Virus record (IMG/VR): IMGVR_UViG_2866048730_000001 | Location: 1-64,000 of that record | Origin: a virus | Taxonomy: Duplodnaviria; Caudoviricetes | Reading direction: 5' to 3' (one strand) | Length of the DNA: 64,000 bases | In this document: positions 1-8,918 of the stretch, piece after piece | How positions within the stretch are numbered: position 1 is the first letter of the stretch | How the letters are laid out: each line of letters starts with the position of its first letter | The notes under the pieces: model-generated | Seen by the model: only the letters and a program-made list of their open reading frames with translations | What the model was told of the DNA's origin: nothing | Database searches by the model: none | Translations under genes and position numbers: made by a program

Positions 1-74
1 GACGACGACTACGACGAAGCTCCCGGCCGGCATTGGGCTCGGGAGCTTCGCTGTGTTCAGGGGCAAGTGTGGGC

Positions 75-458
75 CTACCCGGCGGTGTCCAGGTCGTCGT
101 AGCCCTCCACGTACTCGTGCCCGCTGAGGTGGGCCGCGAGCTTGCCCACGCCCCGCTCGCGCCGGTAGCGGACTGCCCGGCCGGTGACGCCCTGGAGGAC
201 TCCGGCCTCGTCGTCGGGAAGGTCCGCGCCGTACCGCAGGAGGAGGGCCTGGCGTTCGCCGAGAGAGAGCGGGGCCGTCGCCCACCCCTGCCGGATATCG
301 GCGAGGTGGGCGAACAGGACACCCGCGGTCTTCTTGTCGACGGAGCCCTTCGGCATGTCGGCGTCCGGCGCGGTGGGGTTCCTGATCCCGTACGCGGCCT
401 CCCTGTCCCACACCGCTGGGAGGAGGTGCTCGACGAGGCGCCGGTCGTACCCGCTCAC
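75..458 (-). CDS. Sigma-70 region 4-like HTH protein (C-terminal half of split sigma)
   Basis: LSLGERQALLLRY...EAGVLQGVTGRAVRYRRERGVGKL resembles ECF sigma4; paralog at 51173-51556. Confidence 0.7.
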   Translation of the reverse strand: MSGYDRRLVEHLLPAVWDREAAYGIRNPTAPDADMPKGSVDKKTAGVLFAHLADIRQGWATAPLSLGERQALLLRYGADLPDDEAGVLQGVTGRAVRYRRERGVGKLAAHLSGHEYVEGYDDLDTAG

Positions 459-796
459 CCCTCCGCCTTCCCCGCCGCGACCCGGGCGGCCTCGTAGGAG
501 ACGTGGCCGGCACGTCGCCGGGCCTCCGTCAGCCAGCGGTCCCGAAGGCGCTGGGAGAGCCAGCGGTGCAGCAGGCCCGGCCCGGCGTCCGCGAGGATGC
601 TGCGGACCTGGACGGCCCGCTCGGCCATCACCAGGAGCGCTTCTTGGTGGGCGTCGTCGTACTCCAGCGTCAGCCCGTAGTCGCGGGAGATCGAGCGGGC
701 AACGGCCTGGGCGACGCTGCCGACGTGCGGCTCGGAGAGCACGGACCAGTCGACCGCCGCAGGGGCTTCGGCCGGTTCGAGTTCTACGAGATTCAT
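455..796 (-). CDS. Sigma-70 region 2-like protein (N-terminal half of split sigma)
   Basis: EYDDAHQEALL...LLHRWLSQRLRDRWLTEARRR resembles ECF sigma2; ATG at 796 overlaps upstream stop. Confidence 0.65.
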   Translation of the reverse strand: MNLVELEPAEAPAAVDWSVLSEPHVGSVAQAVARSISRDYGLTLEYDDAHQEALLVMAERAVQVRSILADAGPGLLHRWLSQRLRDRWLTEARRRAGHVSYEAARVAAGKAEG

Positions 797-1983
797 CGGA
801 CCACCTCCTTCACGGAGGTCTCGCCGTCCTTGGTGACGGCGACCATCAGGCCGGGCGCCCCAGTGGTGCCCTTGCTGTGTCGCCACCACGTGGACTCGGA
901 CTCCATCGCCGGAGGCTGGACGAACGTCCTGGGGCCGTCGGTGTCGATGTGCTCGTGATGCAGGTGGCCGGCCAGGAGGAGATCGGCCTGGTGCATCGCC
1001 GACTGCTTGTTGAACGCCTGACCCTTCCACCAGTCGAAGTGACGGCCGGGGCGCCACTGGTGGCCGTGGGCGTGCGCCACGGTGGTGCCCGAGCAGTCCA
1101 CGACGACGGTCAGCTCGTCCGTGTCCGGCACGTACCACTCGACGTGGGAGAACTTCTCCGGGTGCAAGTCGGCCGCGTCCTTGACGGCGATCAGGGACTC
1201 GGTGTCGTGGGAGTCGTCGTACCGGGTCAGGCCCTTGCCGTTGATCCGGACGGCCTCGCCGTGGTTGCCGGGCACCGCGGCCATGGTCACCCGCTCCGCG
1301 AGCGGCGCGAAGGTGGTGAGGGCGTGAAGCATCACCCGGCGCGTCAGGCGGATCTGCTCGTTGAGGGTGAGCTGGGTACGCCACGTATTCGCGCCGCCCT
1401 GCGACTGGAATCCCTCGACATGATCGCCGAGCCAGGCCAGGTGCACGTGGCCGATGCTGAATCGCGTCCGGTACAGCTCCAGCAGGTCGGCGGCGCGGTT
1501 CAGGCAGTCGATCGTGCGGCGGAGCGTGCCGGCCGGACCGTCGCCGTCAACCTTCCCGAACTGCATGTCGCCGAGCGCGACGATGAAGGTGTGGTCGCCC
1601 GTGGTCAGCGCGTTGGGAGCCCACGGCTTGTACGCCTCGACGGCGGCCAGGAGCTCGTCGATGTCGGGCCGGTCGGTTGCGGCGTCCCTGCTGCGGGCGA
1701 AGGTGAACCGGGTGCTCACCCCCGTGTCGCCGCCCGGCATCGTCCACTCCGAGGAGCGGAACCCGGTCGCTACCCAGTCGGCCGGATCGAGGCCCTGGGC
1801 CCGCAGGTAGGCCGTGGCGGCGTCCTCCGTCACGGCGTCCACCGGGCCCCGGACGGTGACCTCGGCGGCGTCGCCGCTCACCTCGATCTGGCGAGTGAAG
1901 TCCCGCTCCGGGTCGGCCGGCCGGGACGGTATCGCGGGGCCGACGGGCTTGGAGAGGAGTTCGTCGAGCAGGGTGTCAGTCAC
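793..1983 (-). CDS. Metallophosphoesterase (calcineurin-like/Mre11-like)
   Basis: Motifs GDMQ, GDHVEG, GNHGE, HAHGH, GHLH. Confidence 0.85.
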   Translation of the reverse strand: MTDTLLDELLSKPVGPAIPSRPADPERDFTRQIEVSGDAAEVTVRGPVDAVTEDAATAYLRAQGLDPADWVATGFRSSEWTMPGGDTGVSTRFTFARSRDAATDRPDIDELLAAVEAYKPWAPNALTTGDHTFIVALGDMQFGKVDGDGPAGTLRRTIDCLNRAADLLELYRTRFSIGHVHLAWLGDHVEGFQSQGGANTWRTQLTLNEQIRLTRRVMLHALTTFAPLAERVTMAAVPGNHGEAVRINGKGLTRYDDSHDTESLIAVKDAADLHPEKFSHVEWYVPDTDELTVVVDCSGTTVAHAHGHQWRPGRHFDWWKGQAFNKQSAMHQADLLLAGHLHHEHIDTDGPRTFVQPPAMESESTWWRHSKGTTGAPGLMVAVTKDGETSVKEVVR

Positions 1984-2194
1984 GCAGGCTCTCTTCCTGG
2001 CGCAGGCGGCGCCGGTACGTACGGATGGTGGAGGCGGACACGCGGTGCCCGTAACGGCCGAGAATCCAGACGAGGTCCTCGGCTGCGGTGTCCTGGAGGA
2101 GATGCCGCTCGAACGCCTCGCGCTCCGGCCCGTTGAGGGTCTCCCAGATGGATTGGAGGCGGGGGCCGGGCGTGCCCGGCAGGCCCGCACTCAC
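1976..2194 (-). CDS. Small hypothetical protein (possible HTH)
   Basis: Coupled ORF; conserved paralog 53095-53301. Confidence 0.7.
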   Translation of the reverse strand: MSAGLPGTPGPRLQSIWETLNGPEREAFERHLLQDTAAEDLVWILGRYGHRVSASTIRTYRRRLRQEESLRD

Positions 2195-2442
2195 CAGCCC
2201 CGCCGAGCGAGGTGGTTCTGCCGGGCCTTGTTACGCAGGCTCAGCACGTTCTCCAGGTCCCTCGGGCGAGCATGGCGGACAGCACGGTCGACCTCTTCCT
2301 TCGACCAGGTGAGCCCGCCGTGCAGGCCGGACAGGTGGTCGCGGAGGAGTGCTCGTGCGGTGGGGAGGTCGCCGTCGATGGGCTGGATGTGGCCGCAGCC
2401 GCGGCCGTCCAGGAAGTTGGGACAGGTCAGGGCTTCGGTCAC
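2191..2442 (-). CDS. Hypothetical protein
   Basis: Start/stop overlap with both neighbours. Confidence 0.55.
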   Translation of the reverse strand: MTEALTCPNFLDGRGCGHIQPIDGDLPTARALLRDHLSGLHGGLTWSKEEVDRAVRHARPRDLENVLSLRNKARQNHLARRGW

Positions 2443-2618
2443 GGGCAGCCCCCGGCCAGGACGGCGGCGTGCTCCTCCAGCGCGTTCGCGCCGTGGTCGA
2501 GGCCGAGCCCGGTGTAGAAGTCCTTGCCGAGCGGGTCTTCGAGGTGCAGGTCTCGAAGGAACTGGGCGGCTTCTCGAAACGCCTGGCTGCGGGAGATGGG
2601 GGTGTCGGTGGTGGTCAT
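2439..2618 (-). CDS. Hypothetical protein (59 aa, MTTTDTPISR...)
   Basis: Fills gap with 4-bp overlaps; not in ORF track. Confidence 0.55.
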   Translation of the reverse strand: MTTTDTPISRSQAFREAAQFLRDLHLEDPLGKDFYTGLGLDHGANALEEHAAVLAGGCP

Positions 2619-2971
2619 TCGGCGTCCTCCGGGTGCAGGAGTGCTAGGCCGCCGTCGTACTCGTACGTGCCGTAGTTGTGGCAGTAGTGGCGGGAGGACC
2701 AGGCCGCGATCAGGTAGCGGCCGGGGCGGAGGCCAACCGAGCCGTAATCGCCTTCGTCGATGCCTGCGCGGTGGAACCAGCAGTCGAGGCCCTCCTCTTC
2801 GTGGAAGGCCACGTCGCAGCGGAGTTCGCCCTGCCGGTCGTGGCAGTCGGGGGTGTGCTCGGCGTGGAGGTAGTGGTCGGAGTCGGCGCCCTCGACCACC
2901 AGCCAGTGGGGCTCTCCGGCAGCCGGCAAGGGCTCGGCGTCGAGCTGGACTTGTTCGAAGAGGTTGATCAA
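2615..2971 (-). CDS. Hypothetical acidic His/Cys-rich protein
   Basis: Coupled ORF with typical codon bias. Confidence 0.6.
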   Translation of the reverse strand: MINLFEQVQLDAEPLPAAGEPHWLVVEGADSDHYLHAEHTPDCHDRQGELRCDVAFHEEEGLDCWFHRAGIDEGDYGSVGLRPGRYLIAAWSSRHYCHNYGTYEYDGGLALLHPEDAE

Positions 2972-3330
2972 GCGGCGGCCTTGTCGATGCGCTCGACGGC
3001 GGCTCCGGCGAGGGCGGCCAGGCGGACGAGGCCCTCGCGGACCTTCGCGGGTTCCCTCGTGCTGAACGCCTCGAAGGCGGCCTGGACGATCAGGCCGTCC
3101 ACGCCTCCCGTGCCGACTGCCTCGCGCCGCTTGTTGATCAGGTCCCAGTCGCCACCGCGGCTTCGGTAGATCTCGGCAGCGCGGTGCGGGTGCTGGCCGC
3201 CGATCAGCTCCTTCGGGAGGTCTGCCAGGGTGCGGGCCTCGGCGCGGGCCTCGGTCATCGCGAGGTGGAGCAGGTCCGGCTTCGGCTGCACGCGGCGGGC
3301 GGTGGTCTTCTTGACGGTCGTCTCGGTCAC
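2968..3330 (-). CDS. Hypothetical protein, possibly degenerate MazG-like fold
   Basis: C-terminal EGLVRLAALAGAAVERID; paralog 53298-53651. Confidence 0.55.
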   Translation of the reverse strand: MTETTVKKTTARRVQPKPDLLHLAMTEARAEARTLADLPKELIGGQHPHRAAEIYRSRGGDWDLINKRREAVGTGGVDGLIVQAAFEAFSTREPAKVREGLVRLAALAGAAVERIDKAAA

Positions 3331-3995
3331 TTCGACTTCTCCTCGTCGATCAGGTCGTGGAGGGACTTCTCGCCCCCGTGCAGGTAGGTCTCGGTCACGT
3401 CGCCGATGCGCAGGCGCACGCCCTTGGCGGATCGCAGGGATCGGCAGACCTTGTTGGTGAACTTCGCCCCGGCGTCGTCGGGGTCGCCCCAGACCCACAC
3501 CCGGGAGAAGCCCGCGAGCATCCGGCGGTGCCGGCCGAACCACATCTCGGAGCCCGGGGAGGCGACGGCATGCCAGCCGACCTTGCAGAGGATGATCCGG
3601 TCGAGCTCGCCCTCGGTGAGGTGGATCTCGTCTCCGGCCGCGTGGATCGAGTCGACGCCGTACAGGCGGGGCGGGTCGTCCGGCAGGGTGTTGTACTTGC
3701 CGTGCCCGAAGTCGCGGTGGTTGTGATCTTCCAGGCATCGGAAGCGGATCGTCAGGGGGTGCCCGTCGCGGTCGAGGTAGGGGATCGCCAGCATGCCCCG
3801 GTAGCGGGCGTGACCCGGGTGAGGGTCACCGACGACGCCAAGCCGGAACGTATCCACCTCGGCCTGCCCGATCCCGCGAGCGGCCAGGTAGCGAGCGGCG
3901 TCCGCCGTAAGCGCTGCCTGATAGGAAGCTGTTGCCTCCTCCAGTGCCTCTCGTTGCGAGGGCGACAGAGGCCGCAAGGGCTCGCGCTCCGACAA
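3327..3995 (-). CDS. DNA primase, TOPRIM subunit
   Basis: YLAARGI, LAIPY, TEGELD, GDPDDAG. Confidence 0.88.
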   Translation of the reverse strand: MSEREPLRPLSPSQREALEEATASYQAALTADAARYLAARGIGQAEVDTFRLGVVGDPHPGHARYRGMLAIPYLDRDGHPLTIRFRCLEDHNHRDFGHGKYNTLPDDPPRLYGVDSIHAAGDEIHLTEGELDRIILCKVGWHAVASPGSEMWFGRHRRMLAGFSRVWVWGDPDDAGAKFTNKVCRSLRSAKGVRLRIGDVTETYLHGGEKSLHDLIDEEKSK

Positions 3996-4248
3996 AGTCC
4001 GTACTCTCCTTCTCCATGATCAAGCTGTAGGAATCCCCGCCTCGTCCGCAGGAGTGGCACTTCCACACCTGGCGGTCGGTGTTGTACGAGAGGGATGGGG
4101 TGCTGTCGTCGTGCAGCGGGCAGGGCGCCATGCCGGTGGCCCGCTGCGGGTTGTACTCGACGCCGTAGTGGTCGAGGACGGATTCGAGGGTGGGCTTCTG
4201 CTCGTCCTCGTCGTCCCGGTCGTGCCGACCGATGGGCTCGAATCTCAC
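3826..4248 (-). CDS. DNA primase, CHC2 zinc-finger subunit
   Basis: CPLHDDSTPS...WKCHSCGRGGD. Confidence 0.85.
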   Translation of the reverse strand: MRFEPIGRHDRDDEDEQKPTLESVLDHYGVEYNPQRATGMAPCPLHDDSTPSLSYNTDRQVWKCHSCGRGGDSYSLIMEKESTDFVGARALAASVALATRGTGGGNSFLSGSAYGGRRSLPGRSRDRAGRGGYVPAWRRR

Positions 4249-4385
4249 GGGAGCATCCACTCCTCCAGGTCGCGCATGTTGACCTCGAAGTACTCCTCGA
4301 ACTCGAACAGCGCGGGGGCGTCGAACTCCGGGTCGTTGAGGAGGTCGAGGAACGCTTCGAAGCCCAGGACTTCGGGTTCGATCAA
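4245..4385 (-). CDS. Small acidic hypothetical protein (46 aa)
   Basis: Overlapping start/stop; similar ORF in prophage 2 at the same position. Confidence 0.5.
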   Translation of the reverse strand: MIEPEVLGFEAFLDLLNDPEFDAPALFEFEEYFEVNMRDLEEWMLP

Positions 4386-4525
4386 GCGATCCGCCGGCCT
4401 CGGAAGTGCTCGCCGATGGCGTCCCAGCCCAGCTCGTCGAGGCCGCTGGGCTCGGTATCGTTCAGCAGCTCCGCGAGCTCCCGCTCGATCCGACGGTGCT
4501 CGGCGATCTCCTCGAATTGCCTCAT
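4382..4525 (-). CDS. Small hypothetical protein (47 aa, MRQFEEIAEH...)
   Basis: Coupled ORF; paralog VRQYEEMEEQ in prophage 2. Confidence 0.55.
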   Translation of the reverse strand: MRQFEEIAEHRRIERELAELLNDTEPSGLDELGWDAIGEHFRGRRIA

Positions 4526-4917
4526 GCGGCAGCCTCCGGCGGGAGGTCGAAGTACTCCTCGACGGTGGTCAGCACATAGCCCTTGCGCCAGCTCGCGCCC
4601 CTACGACGGACGATGACGATCACGTCCACGTCGGCCGGGTCGAGTCCGCGATGCCGGGCGAAGTTGTCCCGCTCGCGCAGGGCCTCCTTGGTGAACGCCC
4701 CTGGTTCGAACTTGGCGTTCTTGGCCTCGATCACCAGGAACGGGCGGTGTCGAACTGGCTTCCGCCATCGGATGACGTGGTCGCCCTCGTCGTCCTTGCC
4801 GGTGAGCCGCAGGCGCTCGATGTCGAACTCGACCTGCCGTAGCTCGTCGCGGAGCTCGGTCTCCCAGGTGGCGCCTCGCCGCTTGTTCCGGCGGTTCCGC
4901 GCCGCAACATCAGTCAA
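4522..4917 (-). CDS. PD-(D/E)XK nuclease, Holliday junction resolvase-like
   Basis: GATWETE...DEGD...IEAKN. Confidence 0.75.
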   Translation of the reverse strand: MTDVAARNRRNKRRGATWETELRDELRQVEFDIERLRLTGKDDEGDHVIRWRKPVRHRPFLVIEAKNAKFEPGAFTKEALRERDNFARHRGLDPADVDVIVIVRRRGASWRKGYVLTTVEEYFDLPPEAAA

Positions 4918-4929
4918 CTCTTACAATCC

Positions 4930-5796
4930 TCACTTGAGAGCGTCGAGCGGCGACCATGCGCTGGTCGCGGGACGCGGGACGGGGAACAGGCGCGGCTCCA
5001 GCGCCGAGAACCGGGTGATGTCCGGCTGGCACCGCAGCGTCGCGTAGCGGCGGGCCGTGGGATCGCACGGGCCCATGCGCTGTTTGATCACCGCAATGCG
5101 GTACTCCAGGCTGGTCGGGTCCAGCGCGACTGACAGGGAGAGCTCGGGCTTCTCCGACAGGCCGCCCTTGACCTGGTCGCGGCTGGGCGGCGCCCAGGGA
5201 TCGGACTTCGCCTCCCAGCTCTTGTCCGAGGCGTGGTGGAGGACGATCACCGTTGAGCCGGTGGCGCGGGCGAGCTCGGTCAGGCCGGACATGACGGCCA
5301 TCTGCTCGGTGTAGTCCGACTCGGCGTTCTCGAAGTCCATGAGGTTGTCGAAGACCATGATGGACGGGTAGGCGTCCCAGAGCTCCACCTGCGCTTCGAG
5401 CTCCTCGTCCACGGCCTTCCACGTGATCGGGCTGCCGAACGAGAAGGTGATGCGGGAGTCGGTGAGCGCGTTGATGTAGGTCTCGCGGTAGCGGCCACCG
5501 GCCGCCATGCCGGCCTCGACCATCTCCGTCGTGTCGCCGGTCGCCATGCTGGCCAGCCGCGAGGAGGCGGTGAAGGCGGACATGTCCGCCGAGAAGTAGA
5601 GCGTCGGCAGGTTCATCGACGCCGCCCAGAACAAGGCCAGGCCGCTCTTCTGGGTGCCGGACCGACCGGCGATCATGATGACCTCGCCCTGTCTCGGGCG
5701 GCAGCCGATCTGGTACAGCGCTTGGAAGGCTTCGATGCGGGGCAGCTCGCGGCCCGCTTCGGCATGGAGGGTCAGGGACCGTCCGGGGGTGAGCAC
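4930..5796 (-). CDS. DnaB-like helicase / RecA-family ATPase
   Basis: Walker A-like GRSGTQKS, YFSAD, VFDNL, VLHH. Confidence 0.82.
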   Translation of the reverse strand: MLTPGRSLTLHAEAGRELPRIEAFQALYQIGCRPRQGEVIMIAGRSGTQKSGLALFWAASMNLPTLYFSADMSAFTASSRLASMATGDTTEMVEAGMAAGGRYRETYINALTDSRITFSFGSPITWKAVDEELEAQVELWDAYPSIMVFDNLMDFENAESDYTEQMAVMSGLTELARATGSTVIVLHHASDKSWEAKSDPWAPPSRDQVKGGLSEKPELSLSVALDPTSLEYRIAVIKQRMGPCDPTARRYATLRCQPDITRFSALEPRLFPVPRPATSAWSPLDALK

Positions 5797-5864
5797 TGCT
5801 CGGCTCCAATCGTCAGGGTGGGGGAGGGGGCGACACTAGGCCGCCCCCTCGTGCCGGCCGCGCG

Positions 5865-6302
5865 TCAGTCGAAGTCGGGCGCGGCGTCCACCGCGGCCTT
5901 CACCGCCGCGTCGCGCTGCTCGGCGTAGGCGATGACCTGGTTCTTGATGCCGGCGTCGGTCACCTGCTTCCACACCCACGCGGGGTGGGCGCCGGGCTTC
6001 TTGGCCGGGACCTGGGTGACGGTCACCAGCACCGCCTGGCCGACGACGCCTTCGAGATCTCGGGCGAGGACGGTCTGCTCGATCCGCTGGCCCTGGCTGA
6101 CCTCGGGGGTGTAGGTCTTCAGCTGGTCGGGGGTCTTGAAGACGGTCACGTCAGCGATGGCGCTGTCCTTGGGACCGTTCGGGGTGGGCCTCTGCCGCTC
6201 GAAGCCGTGCACCTCCAGGAGGATCGCGATGGCGTCCTGGTTGTCCACGGGCTTGAACCAGCCGCCGTTAGCGGTCGGCATGGTGGCGAGGGCAAACGTC
6301 AC
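5865..6302 (-). CDS. Putative ssDNA-binding protein
   Basis: Position in replication arm, beta-rich, acidic/aromatic tail APDFD; paralog 56198-56635. Confidence 0.55.
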   Translation of the reverse strand: MTFALATMPTANGGWFKPVDNQDAIAILLEVHGFERQRPTPNGPKDSAIADVTVFKTPDQLKTYTPEVSQGQRIEQTVLARDLEGVVGQAVLVTVTQVPAKKPGAHPAWVWKQVTDAGIKNQVIAYAEQRDAAVKAAVDAAPDFD

Positions 6303-6424
6303 TGAGTGTCTCCAGACTGCCGGTGTACGGCGTAGGGGATGTTGCGGGTCTTCGGTTGGGGTGCGGCCAGCGAGCCGACCGCGAGGGCGACCGCCACAGC
6401 CGCGACGAGGAAGCGGCGGCCCAT
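6299..6424 (-). CDS. Small hydrophobic peptide
   Basis: MGRRFLVAAVAVALAVGSL; conserved counterpart in prophage 2 ending PY.VHRQSGD. Confidence 0.45.
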   Translation of the reverse strand: MGRRFLVAAVAVALAVGSLAAPQPKTRNIPYAVHRQSGDTQ

Positions 6425-6861
6425 CACGCTGCCGCCTTCAGGGCCCGGCCCCGGGCCTTCCAGGCGTCCATCACGGAGGAGTCCGAGAAGGCGGCCTGGT
6501 TGGTCGCCCACAGCCGCTTGAGGTCGTCGGTGCTCGCACACTGGGCGATCTGCTCCAGCAACCCGCCCGGCGCCTCGGCCGACGAGGCGGGAGGCTTCGG
6601 GGCCTCCGTCGCGGCCGGGGCCGGGATGATCCGGGCGTCCAGGCCCTTGACGATGGTCGTGGTGGCCTGGGCGGTGCGCGTGGCCTCGACGACGAGCTCG
6701 CTCGGCGCCAGCCCGGCTACACTCTTACCATCTAGGCCGAAGTAGTCCACGATGTCCTGCTGGACCGTCTCGGCGGTGCCGCGGAAGACGACCCAGCTAT
6801 CGTCATAGCCCTTGCCATACTTGATGGTCACGGTGATCCGGCCTTCGTCGGCCACGCGCAC
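6424..6861 (-). CDS. Hypothetical phage protein
   Basis: Paralog 56754-57200. Confidence 0.7.
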   Translation of the reverse strand: MRVADEGRITVTIKYGKGYDDSWVVFRGTAETVQQDIVDYFGLDGKSVAGLAPSELVVEATRTAQATTTIVKGLDARIIPAPAATEAPKPPASSAEAPGGLLEQIAQCASTDDLKRLWATNQAAFSDSSVMDAWKARGRALKAAA

Positions 6862-6917
6862 AGCCCCTCTCTCGCGCGGGGCCGTCTGCCCCGCTTCTGT
6901 TAGTTACACTATCTCAA

Positions 6918-7838
6918 TCAGGCCGCAGAAGGAAACCGTGTCAGGGCTCCCTTCTCACCCCGCATCCGGCGGATGTCGAGAGCCAGGCGCGCGGCCTCCC
7001 AGCCCAGGCGGAGGTCCGCCCAGTAGAGGGTGCACTCGCCCTGCCCGGCGGGGAGGTGGATGATGACGCCCCAGTCCTGGTTCACGGCCGGGATGGGGCT
7101 GTACGCGGCTGCGGCGCGGTCGGCCGGCACGTCCGTCTTCTTCCACTGCGCGAGCGCCCGCTTGTCCCGCTGGTCGACCGGGAAGAGCGCGTGGTCGTAC
7201 AGCTCGCCCCTGCTGTAGACCGCGAGCTGGGCGGCCATCTTGAGTCCGCCGTACTCCACGCTGCCGGTCTTCAGGTCGCCGATGAACAGGCCCTCGACGT
7301 GCCGGCCGTCCGGCCCTGGCCCGCTGTAGCTGAGCATGCGGTCGAAGGTCCCGCCCGCGCCGAGCTCGTCGACCACGACGAACTGTTCCACGGCCGTCAC
7401 GTCGAAGTCCGCGGTGGCCACCTTGTAGGCCGCCATGTCGGCAAGGTCGCTGGCGGACGTGCCCGCCGGTAGCGCCTGGCCCTGGTCGACGAGCTCCGAG
7501 AGGGCGTGCAGGTGGGTGCCCTTCTCCCGCCGGTCGTTCGCCCCGGCGATGTCGACGGCTTGCTCGGCGGTGCGGTCCAGGGCGGCCTTGCCTTCCCGGC
7601 TGGCGGGATCCACGCTCAGCACCCCGGCCAGGAGGGCGGGCCTGCGGGCGGCGCCCACCAGGGTCATCCGCTTGCCCCAGGCGGATAGGGCGGACTTGTC
7701 CTCGATGCAGTCGATGAAGGTCGTCGTGCGGGTCAGGGCGCGGGGCTTCCCGCCACCCTTCGGTACCACGAGGGGCCGACTCCATCCGTCGCGCGGAACC
7801 TCCCGCGCTGTCGGCAGCTCGGCAATTTGCAATGCCAC
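6918..7838 (-). CDS. RecB/Cas4-like PD-(D/E)XK exonuclease
   Basis: GTHLH, GGTFDR, IGDLKTG, QLAVY. Confidence 0.8.
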   Translation of the reverse strand: MALQIAELPTAREVPRDGWSRPLVVPKGGGKPRALTRTTTFIDCIEDKSALSAWGKRMTLVGAARRPALLAGVLSVDPASREGKAALDRTAEQAVDIAGANDRREKGTHLHALSELVDQGQALPAGTSASDLADMAAYKVATADFDVTAVEQFVVVDELGAGGTFDRMLSYSGPGPDGRHVEGLFIGDLKTGSVEYGGLKMAAQLAVYSRGELYDHALFPVDQRDKRALAQWKKTDVPADRAAAAYSPIPAVNQDWGVIIHLPAGQGECTLYWADLRLGWEAARLALDIRRMRGEKGALTRFPSAA

Positions 7839-7841
7839 TGA

Positions 7842-8165
7842 TCATTCTCCAGAGTCGACGATGGATTTCAGAAAGAGCCGGATGCGCCCGCCGTCCAGAA
7901 TCTGGGGATCGCACTCGTCCAGATCCAGCAGGGCCAAGCCGCGACTCTCGGCGAAGTCGAGAACGTACCGAAGATCATCCGGATCGTGTCCAGCCTCGAC
8001 GGTAATGTGGAACTCCCACGAGTCCTCATCAATGTGCAGCCATACCCGGCCCGCACCGAAGCGGTCCCTAGCGGCACTGGAGGCCACCCCGTGGCCGTGC
8101 GACATCGCCGGCTCCTCTCCCCAAACGTCACGCAGCTTCCCTGCGGCGTGACGGTCTGTGTTCAC
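7842..8165 (-). CDS. Hypothetical protein, first gene of replication operon
   Basis: Paralog 58197-58463; start uncertain. Confidence 0.6.
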   Translation of the reverse strand: MNTDRHAAGKLRDVWGEEPAMSHGHGVASSAARDRFGAGRVWLHIDEDSWEFHITVEAGHDPDDLRYVLDFAESRGLALLDLDECDPQILDGGRIRLFLKSIVDSGE

Positions 8166-8320
8166 ACCAGCGATCCTCTACGTTCAGTAAGCCCTTGGTC
8201 AACCTGGGGGAAACAGGTGGGTTCCAAATCATCCAACGTGGGTACGCAGACCTCTTGACATCACCCCAGAGTATGACAATTCAACTACTGGGGATCATCC
8301 CTCGGGCGTATGGGGAAAAC

Positions 8321-8346
8321 GAAAAAGGGCCCCCTCGGGGGCCCTT
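8321..8346 (-). terminator. Intrinsic terminator after repressor
   Basis: AAGGGCCCCC-TC-GGGGGCCCTT hairpin with U-tract on minus strand. Confidence 0.75.
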
Positions 8347-8347
8347 G

Positions 8348-8803
8348 TCAGGCGGCGCCGCCGCCTGACTCCTTAGGCTTTACCGGCTGGCGAATCAGGT
8401 CCTTATCGGACTTCTCGCGCGGCACGTAGAAAAAGCCATCCTCGGTCGCGGGATCATAATACACGACCGTCTTTTCCTGCTCCCGCTCTGCAATCCAGGA
8501 ATCAAGGCGAGCCTGGTCTGCCGGCTTGAGCTCTTTCCCGGCGCGACGCCGCGCCTCGAACCGAAGCATAACCACAGGGTAGGCCCAGCGGTGCTCGGGC
8601 TTGATCTCCCAGGGGATCAGGTTGGTGTCCCGGGTGAGGCGGCGCTTCAGGCCCTTACGGTGCCGGAACGTGGCCCACATCGATGTCGTGGTCTGGATGC
8701 CGTACTTCTCCAGATACTTGTCGACGATCCACTGGTAGTCCCTGTTCTCTTCGATCCAGCGAATGGCCTCCTGCTCGTTCTGGACGAGAGTTCTCGCGGG
8801 CAT
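8348..8803 (-). CDS. Immunity repressor, L5 gp71-like
   Basis: N-terminal HTH, LIPW, VYYDP..DGFFYVPRE..D.DLIR; lower GC. Confidence 0.8.
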   Translation of the reverse strand: MPARTLVQNEQEAIRWIEENRDYQWIVDKYLEKYGIQTTTSMWATFRHRKGLKRRLTRDTNLIPWEIKPEHRWAYPVVMLRFEARRRAGKELKPADQARLDSWIAEREQEKTVVYYDPATEDGFFYVPREKSDKDLIRQPVKPKESGGGAA

Positions 8804-8874
8804 GTGATCCCCTTCGGTCTGCTGAACCCCCCGCGCGACGAGTTTCATGTCGCGCACTCAACCTCTACGATTGC

Positions 8875-8887
8875 ATGTAAGAGTTGA
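8875..8887 (+). promoter_or_regulatory. Operator/stoperator motif ATGTAAGAGTTGA in divergent repressor region
   Basis: Recurrent motif; identical copy at 61249-61261. Confidence 0.65.
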
Positions 8888-8918
8888 TGCAGTCAAGCGC
8901 CGAGAGGTCGTGGGGGTC

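Noticed and set aside
6918-7838. Cas4-like nuclease as sign of a CRISPR system
   Set aside because: Ordinary phage recombination exonuclease context; no array or other cas genes
8255-8285. TTGACA promoter on the plus strand
   Set aside because: No convincing -10 at 16-18 bp spacing, and it points into the repressor terminator
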